From positions 214,687 to 278,686 of the forward strand of contig JAKMXF010000315.1 in NCBI GenBank assembly GCA_024704765.1: DNA of 64,000 nucleotides, in the 5' to 3' direction. The notes beneath the pieces were generated by a model. That model was not told where the DNA came from and made no database searches. It saw only the letters and a program-made list of their open reading frames with translations. Origin of the DNA: Oopsacas minuta (Eukaryota; Animalia; Porifera). The stretch's first letter is position 1. Each line of letters begins with the position of its first letter. Shown here piece after piece: positions 51,801-63,018 of this stretch. The position numbers and the translations under genes were made by a program.

Positions 51801-53201
51801 ATCGCAGAGGGTTTAGATGTCGCGAGTGACCTACTACTTTTTCGGGACCGGGTAGTGGTCCCAAGGGAGGCTCAAGAGGAAGTGATGAGAAGAGTACACG
51901 CCGCGGGGCACTTCGGCCAGAGGAGGACGTTGCAAAATCTCCAAAGAAGTTATTTTGGGGGAGGTATGGCTAGGGACACGCGCAAGTACTGTCGGAGCTG
52001 CCTTACATGCTAGAAAGCCAAGGGGTCAAACCGGGTGAGAGTGCCGATCCAAGAGTTTAGTGTTGAAGGGCTAGGTCCGGGGGACTTGGTAGCCATGGAT
52101 ATCGGGACCCTACCTTGGACGGACGAGAAGTTTCGATACTTCTTGTGTATGGTAGATGTTTTTACACGCTACATCGAATTGGTTCCCCTTCAGGAGCAAA
52201 CCGCGGCCTCACTGATACGGGAATTTGAGCGGGGATGGATCTTCCGAGGGCATGGTGTGCCTAGGGGCCTGTTGTCAGATCAGGCCCGCAATATAGATGG
52301 GGTTGAAGTCAGGAGGATGTGCGATAGGTTGGGCATTGAGAAACGTCACTCCTCACCTTATCATCCGCAAGCAGATGGACTTGTCGAAAGGAGCATAGGC
52401 TTAGTCAAGCAAGTGGCTAGATGCTTAACACTAGACCGCCAACTTCCAAAAGAATCATGGCCGGACATCTTGCCCGAAGTGGCCTTCTATTGTAATAACA
52501 CCCAAAATGCCTCTACTAAACTCTCGGCACAGCTCTTGATGACAGGTAGACAACCATTATCCCCCATAGATGCGATATTGAGTAGAAGGAAGTGGACGGA
52601 AGAACTTAGCCACAGTCAGCAGGTAGAGAGACTGCAGCAACTCTCCTCAGAATTGAAGTGCCTAGCTGCCGAGAATGACAGGATAAGTAGAATGGACAGG
52701 AACTTTAGCAGAAATCAAGGTACTCGTCTCCACCCGTTTGCAAAGGACGACTTGGTGTTAGAAACCAATGAGAGGTGCAAAGATTCGCTGGACCCTAAAT
52801 ATAAGGGGCCGTATACAGTTTTAGACGTTAGGGGTGCGAACGTCAAGATAAAGAAGAAAGGCAAACTGAAATGGATTCATGTAAGTCGTTGCAAGTTGTT
52901 CAAGGAGGGAGCTCAGTTGTCCAACAACTCAAGTGTTGTAGTTCAAGCCGCGGTGGCGGAAGGTCCAGAGGGGAATGATTCAGGAAGGGAAGAGCAGGTT
53001 GATGCAAGTTGCGAGCCCATTGGGCAGGAGCCGTCAACTGATACTACGGAGATAGAAAGCTCAACGGAGGCGGAACTAGAACCGGATGGGCAGGAGGTTC
53101 TACTCCCGACCCAAAGGAGGTATCCTTTGCGCGATCGCAGAGCTAAGAAATACGATGACTACGTGCTGGAGACCCACCAAGACACAGGCCCATTCGTTTG
53201 A
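48853..53201 (+). pseudogene. Gypsy gag-pro-RT-RNaseH-integrase polyprotein with three lesions
   Basis: Two CX2CX4HX4C knuckles, LLDTGA protease, YIDD RT, EADAS/TDH RNase H, HHCC, D-D-E integrase core and GPY. Frameshift near 50090; in-frame TAA at 50238-40; in-frame TAG at 52011-13. Confidence 0.93.
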
Positions 53202-54731
53202 AGGAGGAGTGATGTAACGCTGACGCATTATTAGTAAACCATAACATAATATACTAGTAGGTTAACGTAGTACTCCAACCTTTACACAGTAGTTAGTAAC
53301 TTAGGATAGACCTGATCTTATTTGTATTTCTATTAAACACTTACCCCCAGCTTGTTAAACTATCGTTGCGTCACAATTAGCTACTATACTGAAATAATGC
53401 TGATGAATTCTATACAAACTACCATAGGAATGCACATATAATCAATCTTGCGGTTATCAACGCTTGCGTCAGTTGATTGATTCTTTTATGAATTTATTAG
53501 TTTGCGTAATTTGTAGTTATTGCTATTAAGAACGGTCAATTTAAACCTGGTGTGGCCTGGTTCCCAAAGGGGCGAAAACCTGGTCACACCGTATATCTCG
53601 AAAACTATAATTCGCATCGCTTAGCTTTAAAAAGGAAAACGGTAGGTCTTGGCCTCATCTAGCCAAAAAATACCACTTGGCCCACATCTAGCTATCCTAA
53701 CAATAGGTGTTATGCACTATTAATGTTGCCAAATAATCATCAAGTACATTTCAAAGATATCTTAACTAGGATTCATTTGTTGCTTAGAAAAACACATCTT
53801 GAACTAAGATGAATGATAAAGACATTTCAGTATCGCCAAATTTACTCTGTTGGTGATACATATTAGTTGTTTAGTATATCTGTACATGCGGCTTCTTTAC
53901 TTAATGATTCTAGATGTTTGTTACTAGCCTCACAGTCCCCATTACAGCTATACAGTAAGTTTCCGGATACAAAGTGGCGTAACATGCTACCATGGGCGTA
54001 ATTCCCAGGGGGACGGAGGAGGAAGTGTCCCCCCACTTTTGAATAATTTGCGATGATGTACGATCATTTTCGTACCAAATCACAAGATTTTACAATTCGT
54101 CCCATAATTTATGGATCTATGCCCTTGTTTACCAGCGCCATCCCTCACCCATGTTCCAAGTTAACATATTTTGCTCATAATTTACACATTCTTTGCTAAA
54201 GTCAGTGTGGTTACAATGTAGTTTGTGCAAATTGGGTTCCAGCACTGATTCACAATATATTTTTCAGATCGGCTAAAGGAATTTCCATAGGAAATACGTG
54301 CATTGTTAAGCCCACAATACACCATGCGACTGGATTGATTGCAACTGTTTATGCAACAAAATTGCATCGTATATGGTGGGCTTTAGGTTATATTATACCT
54401 GTGTATGATTTGACTGAAATTCCCAACAATTCAATGATCATAGTATATGAATTGAATATACGTACTACTCGTGGTATAGTTAATCGTTGATAGTAACTTG
54501 ATATCACTATGATTTTCTATCACTAATGAAAATCTACATTCCTTTGAACAAATTATACTCAAGTTACACTGTGCAATAAAATGTTGACCACAAACAACCA
54601 CATAATCTAAGCTTTAATTGTGTCGCTTAAGTAAAAAGCATTCCAAAAATGTGAATGGGTTGTAATGTATGTTAGTATATAAAGACCATTCGTACATTAT
54701 TTTGTAATATACTACTATCATTCAAACCACA

Positions 54732-55658
54732 ATGGACCACACAATATTACTCGAACCCTTGATTATTCCTGACATTTCAGCAAGCTTTTTACTGTCTGAT
54801 CTCTTTCAGTTGTCTTCTTCTCTGGAAAATACTATAGATTGGCTTAAGCATTATGGCTTGTTACCACGAGGAGTCCAGTGCAGATGCGGCTCAATAATGT
54901 ATGTAGGTACATTTACCGATTCTAAGGACAATAAGAAATGGAGATGTAGAGCGTGTAAGACAACCTGTTCACTTCGTTATGAGTCTTTCTTCAAGGGTTC
55001 AAACCTATCTATTCCCTCACAAATGCAGTTCTTGTATTTTTGGAGTGAAGATATACAGTCACACGCATTTCTTGAGAAACGATTGCAATGGTCTCCGAAT
55101 ACTGTTGTGAACTGGAAGAATTTTATGAGAGATATTTGCATTGAGGATCTAATAATAAATCAGGAGCCAATAGGTGGGCCCGGTAGAGTGGTGGAAATTG
55201 ATGAATCGAAATTTGGGAGACGAAAATATAACCGTGGTAGATTACTCACTGGTCAATGGGTTTTCGGTATATATGAGCAAGGTACTGATAACGTACTGAT
55301 AATTCCAGTTCCCGATCGCTCAGGTGCAACCCTACTTCCCATCATTCAGCGATATGCATTACCTGGAACTACCATCCACTCAGACGAATGGGCTGCTTAT
55401 AATGTTGTCCCAGCTGCCGGCTACGATCATCACACTGTGAACCATTCTGAGAATTTTGTGGATCCAATTGACGGTACTCATACACAAGGGATAGAAAACG
55501 CTTGGGGTGTGGTCAAGAAAAGGCAAAGAAGAGGCCAAACAACAAATCCTGAATTGCTAGAATCCCACCTTATCGAGTCTTGTTGGAGAAGAAAGAATAA
55601 AGGAAACATCCTAAACAGCATCGTCAAGTGCATTAGAGAATTATATCCTGTTGTGTAA
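54732..55658 (+). CDS. Merlin/ISXO2-like DDE transposase (308 aa, apparently intact)
   Basis: CxC..CxxC N-terminus; VEIDESKFGRRKYNRGR, WVFG, IHSDEW, TVNHSENFVDP, HTQGIENAW. Lies between the long TIRs. Confidence 0.92.
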   Translation: MDHTILLEPLIIPDISASFLLSDLFQLSSSLENTIDWLKHYGLLPRGVQCRCGSIMYVGTFTDSKDNKKWRCRACKTTCSLRYESFFKGSNLSIPSQMQFLYFWSEDIQSHAFLEKRLQWSPNTVVNWKNFMRDICIEDLIINQEPIGGPGRVVEIDESKFGRRKYNRGRLLTGQWVFGIYEQGTDNVLIIPVPDRSGATLLPIIQRYALPGTTIHSDEWAAYNVVPAAGYDHHTVNHSENFVDPIDGTHTQGIENAWGVVKKRQRRGQTTNPELLESHLIESCWRRKNKGNILNSIVKCIRELYPVV

Positions 55659-57172
55659 TTTAGTTGCTAATATATATAGTATTACTTTGTTAAGAATAGT
55701 TACATTATACACTCTTACATCACATACTTGGTAAATGTTAGCATAAGCTATTCTAAGGGATATTGAAACTAGTAAATGCGCCCATATTGCCTCGAATAAC
55801 TGCCCCTAGGGCATAGGGTAGCTTGAAATAAATACTCACCCCGGCTAACATTAGAAGTTATGTAGTGTTGTTAACAGAATACTTGTTGTTTATTGTTAAC
55901 GACATACTATTATTAGCTATGAACAGTAACAATTACAACTTCCGTTGGACAATAACAGCTATTGCCGGGCTGTTTCTATTCCTGTCGTATTGATGTTGTG
56001 ATCCCTGTGTAAGCGCAGGAAGTATTTCAGATCATACATATTTACAAATAATTTTACACAAACGAGCTGAAGAACTAGTTCAACGAAGAGATTACTATTT
56101 GCAGACAGTTTACATGCAAACGGACCGAAACAATAATACAGAAAAAGTCCCACTGCAACAATTCAACTTGTGCTTTTAACATCAGCCCAGACCCAGGAGC
56201 AACCATGACACTATCTAATCCCGTTCATCTATCGCTAGCGTATAGACTCAAAGGTCCCTAAAACAGCAAACGCGTTTGCACCTGGATAACAACATGAATA
56301 CTAAGTTGGATCCGGTCATTTGCAGCTAGAAAATGGGTGAATAAACGTATTAATTATGAAGGTTGTGGCATGCCTCCTTTTGTTGCTTCTAGGGTTTCTG
56401 AAGCCAGTGCGATAAAATGACAAGCAAGGGAGCCAGTTCTACTTAGGTTAAATATATAAATTTGGGACATTTCTGAGCAACAAATGAATCCTAGTTAAGA
56501 TATCTTTGAAATGTACTTGATGATTATTTGGCAACATTAATAGTGCATAACACCTATTGTTAGGATAGCTAGATGTGGGCCAAGTGGTATTTTTTGGCTA
56601 GATGAGGCCAAGACCTACCGTTTTCCTTTTTAAAGCTAAGCGATGCGAATTATAGTTTTCGAGATATACGGTGTGACCAGGTTTTCGCCCCTTTGGGAAC
56701 CAGGCCACACCAGGTTTAAATTGACCGTTCTTAATAGCAATAACTACAAATTACGCAAACTAATAAATTCATAAAAGAATCAATCAACTGACGCAAGCGT
56801 TGATAACCGCAAGATTGATTATATGTGCATTCCTATGGTAGTTTGTATAGAATTCATCAGCATTATTTCAGTATAGTAGCTAATACAATTTTCTCCATAG
56901 GATTTGGCTTATTTAGGAGATTTTTCGTAACTTCGTCAGTTTCCATCCGATTTTTGAGTTCGAAAGCTCTATCAGCTTCTTTCAACGAGTTCCTCAACGG
57001 TGCATATAGCGATTTTTGACTACATTAAAAAAGTTAGGGCGTGTCGGATTCTATAGTTGTACCCCACTTCCTTTATTAGCAAAATCACTAAATATGTTTC
57101 TCTATTAACTTTATACTTTACTCAATGAGTATTTCTCCTTGATTTTCAATTCTATGCCCTTGATTAGTCAAA

Positions 57173-60100
57173 ATGTCAAAGATACCCAAATTGACAAAGA
57201 TTTATGCTATAATGGCACTGACTGACATATTGTCTGAGTTTCGTTCAGTTACAGGTGAATATGCTGGAGCTGTATTTTCATGGCATGGAAAGCTTGTCTC
57301 TTTGGGTCCAGGAAAATTTCAAAACTATATTACTGGGAATACCGATGAAATATCAAGAACTCTATTGTCAAACCAAATATCTACAAGTACGTCAGCGTCA
57401 TCAAAGCCTGTGCGTGATCACGAAATCCACAAGCTATTAGGTGGAGATATATCTAGCTATAATGTACAGAAACTGTGAAGATTTGTTTCTGTGATTATAT
57501 AAGTATCAACTGGTGAGTCAACTGTGTGAATTTATATAATTATGAGTCACTGATTATATATCTCTGTATTTTAAGGAAAAGTATGTTTTTTTGGAATGAT
57601 CCTCCTCTCTAACCACCTTTTTGGCCCGAAAGAGCCCCTTTCGAAAACATAAAAAGCGCATGTAATATTCATCTACTTATGTTAATAGAGTCATATAAAG
57701 ATTACTCTATGAACGCGCGAGTTTCATTTTGCCCTCAATCTCATAAGCCTCCAAGCTCTACTCAAGCATTGCGACATGATATCTACCATGACCGGTCTAG
57801 ATTTCCTCTTGATTTCGCTACAGATGTAATACATCAAGAATCTGATGTAGACACTAGTGATGATTCCTTCGATGAACTTTTTCAGCAACGCGTTATTGCT
57901 TCGAACAAACCCTATTCCAGATCCTCAAACACCTACCCCAACATCCAGTCTGGTGACATTACTCGGAGTTAAGCCATTGGATCCTATTCAAATAATCACT
58001 CCTTCCATTAGTTCAAATGAGAAAAACTTGTCAATTTCAGAATTGTCAAGTTATAATACTTTTCTAACAGGCACCACCATTAATTCATTCTGTGTAAGTC
58101 TATTATACATTGAAATTCAAATCAGTTTTGTTTGTAAATATTCTCATACCATATATGTATTTGCAGACATTATTGAAGAAGAATTTCCCACATTTCAGGG
58201 ACTTCAGGGTACTATTCTCTCCGGAGTGAGTTTCTCATTTTGGAATTTTTTTTTAATTGTAAATCAATATTTCATATTTAATTTATTCTTAGAATCTTCA
58301 ATTCGTCAAATCTCCTTGTCCTAGTATACAGCTGCATCACGATGGCGCACTTCACTGAGTTCGCTCCAGTATTGATGTTGAAGGGATGTAACTTCATATG
58401 ATTCGCTATTTACTGTGAGAATTACTGGTGAATTAACTGTATAATTGGCCTTTCTATATGAGAATGATGCTGATCAGAGCTGAAGCACCCTTGCTCTAAT
58501 TCAGCAGCAAAGAGGTGGCCCGGAGTGTGGTTTACTTGCAGCTGCAGTCTGTTTGACACTAGCAACAGGAGGCGAGCCGACCCAAGTATACAGGGTGTAA
58601 CAAAAGTCTTGGCCGGTTCTCAATTGTAGATGGATTTAATGTATACTAGTAATTATAGCATACAACGGAAATGCTAATTGACTGATAGTTACTATATAGT
58701 AACTACATTTATATTATAGGCATATTGAATACCTTCAACACTGCTCTCGAATTTCTTTTAGCATATTTACCTTACCAGTTCTTTTCGGGAAGATGAATGT
58801 CTGTGATCACGGAGTCGAGCTCCGTTCTAAAGCAATTGGGAAGCTTGAAGGAGACATTACTCAAAAAGAGGTAGCTAAACTTCTAGATGTTGGAATAAGA
58901 TCAGTACGGAGATGGTGGAGTCAACACAAATGCGGTGAGACTATGGAGACTAAGCCTCGATCTGGACGACCTCAAATTTTGAAACGGGTATCATGAGTTG
59001 TGATTAAGAAATCCTTGGAGAAAGGAGGTAATCAACCCGAAAATTGTCGAGGAGACTATCCATCAAAGGAAACTCCATATTTCACATCACAATTCAGCGG
59101 CACTTGACACAAAGGCTTGATGCCAGACCCTATGAACGTCCCAAATGGCCAAAAGTTACACAAAAAATCAACGAAAATCGATTGAAATTCGCTCGGGATC
59201 ATGAGAATTGGTCTTTCGAAGATTGGAATAAGGTGTTCTCGTCTGATGAATCACCCTTTGAGTTATTTCATTCGCCAAACCTGACAGAATGATCGAGTAT
59301 GGGCAATTGGTTCACAAAATATTGAGTCTATTTTTCAGGTCAAATTCCCAGCGAAATTATGGTCTGGGGAATGATGTTACACAGAGCGCTGTCAGAACTG
59401 CACATTCTACCCCAAAAACAGACTGTCGATGGAGCCTAATATAGGAACGAAATATTGAAGAAAACCTGCCTGGATGCGATCGCTCGTAAGGCTAAAAAGG
59501 GGTCCGTTATTGAGAGGTCCATGTTGGAAAACATGTCAGAATTTCTGTTCATGCAGGATGGTGCCCCCGCACACACAGTCAATGTCACGCAGCAGTGGTG
59601 TTCAGAGAAGTTCCCTCGATTTTCGAAGAAAGGAGAGTGGCCAGCTAACTCCTCCGACTTGAATCCGATTGAAAATCTTTGGGGTATTATATATGAACGG
59701 TGGGATGAAATGGGGAAGGTCACCACGATTCAGACCCTAATTGCAAACCTAAAAATGGCATGGAAGACGATTTCACCGAACTTATTTCGAAACCTGGTGA
59801 ATGGGATGCCTAATCGAATGAAATTAGTTTTAGAAAGAGATGGTGATTATATTGGTAAATAATTAGATATGTGACCTTGAAATATTTTATGTGGGCCACC
59901 ATAATACAACCGGACAAGACTTTTGTCACACCCTGTACTGGAACCAGTCAAGAATAAGATCTCACCTAACTGATTGTTTCAACTGCGAAATTTTTACACC
60001 CTTTCCTAAGATAGAAAGCATAGTATTGCGATCTCACCTGAGTACTAATATTGGGACAGATTTAAAGAGAAAGTGATGGTGTTTGTGTCATCTACCCAGT

Positions 60101-60220
60101 TGCGCCTCAAAAAATATGATTGAATGTCCCAAATGTCTTAAATGGTTCCACAAACCAGGTGTAGGACTTGAAAAATATTGACAAAGACATCGATAACTTT
60201 TATTGTCACAATTATCGTGA
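57173..60220 (+). pseudogene. Intron-containing Ulp1/SENP-like cysteine protease plus C-terminal PHD finger gene, degenerate, split by a Tc1 insertion
   Basis: GT-AG introns 58094-58166 and 58226-58292. IQLHHDGALH*V, YDSL and QQQRGGPECGL form the His/Asp/Gln/Cys set. The frame rejoins across the Tc1 TA site (TQV-YWNQSRIRSHLTDCF). PHD: WCLCHLP...MIECPKCLKWFHKPGVGL...FYCHN. Confidence 0.75.
58591..59935 (+). mobile_element. Tc1-like DD37E (TRT-type) transposon, defective
   Basis: 28-bp TIR CAGGGTGTAACAAAAGTCTTGGCCGGTT with 2 mismatches, TA TSD. Motifs SDESPF and MQDGAPAH-(37)-LNPIE. Stops and frameshifts are present. Confidence 0.92.
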
Positions 60221-60269
60221 GTCTCCTAACAAATAAACTATTTTCATATATTATTATTTTGTGATACAA

Positions 60270-62991
60270 TATGTTGATTCACAAACAAGCTAGAAAATTT
60301 CTTGTAGTGAGGAATATATTAACAATTCGTATTAATGCGATTTGTGTTGCTATCCTTCTTAGTGATGAAAACAACTGCTCGCAAATTTGTGGGTTAGTTT
60401 TTTCATTTCCTCAGTCTGAATTGATCTCAAAAAATATGAGGGATTGCACTTGTGGTGTGTAGAATGGAATCGATTAATCAGAAATGTTTTCTTACGAAAT
60501 ACTTTGGGTCCCCATATTATGAACAATCACAAATTAATTTCTATTTAAAATCTCGACTATTTATCATTTATACCCAATATTGTTATATGCACTTACCTTT
60601 TCATCATGTTTTGTGTAAGTTGCAAGCATTATCGTAGATGATCACTTTTCGCTGTTCTCTGAATATGGTCATTAACAGATTATAAATTACGACTGTAGAT
60701 TCGTGTTGTCTGAGGATTTGGAAACCATAACAAATCCTGTGTTTACAAGCGATTGCTACTATTCCGGGGGAAAACCTTTTGTGAGTTGGAAACTTTTTGA
60801 GACACGGTTCAGCTGACTCAACTTCTAGATTTTCGTATACTGGCAACCTGTACAAGTGTAGTAGAATGGTAAAATATAAAAAAAGTTGAATAGCAATTAG
60901 TATTTTCAGTATAAACACAATTACAAGTTTGAACTTACATGTAGTTTGTTGTGAATGCTGGGAAATAATTGTAATAGTTTTTGCTTTGTGGAGAATATTC
61001 CACTAATTTTCTTGATGCTCTACTAAATAAACTCTCTAATTGTGTCAGGATTCTTTTCAACAGCGGGAATACTATGGGATGTAAAGTGACAAACCCTGTG
61101 CATGTGATATCTTCATTAGGTTTGATAGAATTGAATAAGATATCCAATGTATACATCTTCTGATATATTGAATTTAAGGAATCTTCACTTGCTGATGTTC
61201 CATTGGCAAGAAGAGCTATTGCTTTTCGCTCATTCGGTTCCAGCAGAGAGAATTGGAATACTCCTGATATTGGATCTGTGTGGCAAAGGAGTTTTATGAC
61301 TTTCTTAACGTGTATATATTCTTCACTTATAGTCACTAAATTTTCTGTGCTAATGGAACTAAATAAAATATAATCAGCCATTTCTTTATGAATAGACTTC
61401 AATAGGTCTTTTAGTGTATTTTCTGTCAAACCTTCAGAACAGTATTTAAGGAGTTGCTTTCTAATTGCTGTGTCGGGGATAAAAACACGATCTGAAAATG
61501 GGATCATAGGGTATTGCTGATCCTGATTGAATTTTGCATTCACTTCTGGTACCGATATCATTGTTCCCATCGCTATGCTATCTAAAATTATCACATCGGG
61601 ATGATCTTGCACTTTGGACATATGTAGTTCGAGTCATAATCTATGTCTACTCTTCTTAGATAGGCGTTCCATGCCTGATAAACAGTATGATAATGGAATG
61701 TATCCGTTCTACCCATTCTGATAAGCTTCCTGTTCTTGGCACTAAAGAGTAAAACGAATAATTAGATTGTGTGTATATAGGAATTTTAATTTATCAAGAA
61801 TATTATTTTAAACAATACATACCTCAAGTAACCGTACAAAGTATTTCTAGACATGGTCATCAACTCGCTATACTCATATAACAAATTGTAATGAACAAAG
61901 TACTTGTTGTTGATGTTTAACAGTAAACTGCTCTGACCTTCGAAGACTGCCAAGCAATTGCAAGGTCCACTGCATTTTGAACTGTAAACTATATACTTAC
62001 AATATAATTACTGAGTTACCAAGCACAGGCAAATTTAGGGAGGGGGTAAATTGGGACGAGTTCATTGCAATCGAATGAACAATCTTATATGTAGACCAAA
62101 TATTTATTGAAATTCCTTTATAATTGCAAAGACTTGTTTTCAACGGCTAAATACGTAGAATAACCCACCATACTAAATTAAAATTGCGACCGAGCGAATG
62201 GTTCATTGGTGGTAAATATATTCCTTTGTAATCTTTGAATCATTAATATCATTTTCTAAATAGATAACTATTCCAACCTTCTCTAGTCTAAGCTTCCCCT
62301 CTTCATTGAATTTGAAACCATAGTCACAAAATTCCTTTTCAGGATACATATTTAAAGGTAAATTGATGCCATGGCAGAGCTGGTGGTTGTAAATTGCTAT
62401 TTGGCTTTCATCTAGATTGAATGGTGTTGCCCTTGTTGATATCGTGTTATATTCAAACTTTTTCTGTGTATTTGATTCAGTATTTTCGAGAATATTATGG
62501 AGTCTAGAATGTTGTTTGCACTTTGAAGAACAAGAACAACATAACCACCTATCATTATTTAATTGGAAGTTGTGAAAAGTATCATCTGTCAACAGAAAGA
62601 TATTGTTAGGACTTGGGAAATAATATACTATGTCTTGTAGAATGTTTGATTCGCAAACTTGCCAACAATCATTTTGTAAACCGAGTTCAAATGCTTGATA
62701 ATGAGAACAAGTATCACTATACTAATATATGCATAGATGCTGTTTGTTTCAATTATGATTCTCCTTTTGTTTAGTTCCTTGAAATCGATAATGTTTAGTT
62801 TTGGTAGTGAGAATAGTAAATGTACAGTAGACTCCGCTTAATGGGGTCACTTGGAACCAGGCCATTTTGACCCAGTTAAGCGAAATAGAGGTGTTGGCCC
62901 TACGAACCGGAGCAGAGATACAAACATGCAAACAGACAACAATAATAGTGATAATAACGTAAATTACCTTGTGAGTGATCATTATCTGCAA
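60270..62991 (-). pseudogene. KDZ (Kyakuja-Dileera-Zisupton)-type transposase with Cys clusters, degenerate
   Basis: SPGIVAIACKHRICYGF..HES, IIYDNACNLH, FLINRFH..H.C and PQICEQLFSSL. Upstream Cys-rich segments (CCSCSSKC, PEKEFC). Likely intron 60596-60512 with a GTAAGT donor and a mutated acceptor. The 5' extent is uncertain. Confidence 0.75.
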
Positions 62992-63018
62992 TTATAACAT
63001 ATTCACTATCCTCTAACT

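Larger units (their letters stand above)
48661..53375 (+). mobile_element. Ty3/Gypsy LTR retrotransposon
   Basis: Apparently identical 163-bp LTRs TGT...ACA (48661-48823, 53213-53375). 4-bp TSD ATTA, confirmed against the uninterrupted Merlin right TIR. Purine-rich tract at 53201-53212. Confidence 0.97.
48478..57063 (+). mobile_element. Merlin (IS1016/ISXO2-like) DNA transposon carrying a nested Gypsy insertion
   Basis: GGTACAAC termini. Perfect 8-bp TSD CCACTTCC (48470-77, 57064-71). 594-bp TIRs: left 48478-48660 plus 53380-53790; right 56470-57063. Confidence 0.93.

Noticed and set aside
50080-52013. Programmed frameshift or stop read-through in Gypsy pol
   Set aside because: The shift lies after the protease at a non-canonical G_GGG_TTA site and is followed by an in-frame TAA. 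The TAG interrupts the integrase zinc-finger region. These are better explained as mutations.
53991-54127. Small CATGGGCGTA...ATGCCCTTG MITE inside Merlin
   Set aside because: The ends are imperfect and no convincing TSD was found.
54732-55658. Bacterial IS1595/ISXO2 contamination or recent bacterial transfer
   Set aside because: It is embedded in eukaryotic repeats, has long TIRs typical of eukaryotic Merlin, hosts a Gypsy insertion, and has an older relative at 13180.
14676-60220. RIP- or APOBEC-like directional hypermutation of transposons
   Set aside because: The inferred stop-creating changes are mixed (C-to-T, G-to-T, C-to-A, G-to-A) and indels are common. No consistent context is visible without consensus sequences.
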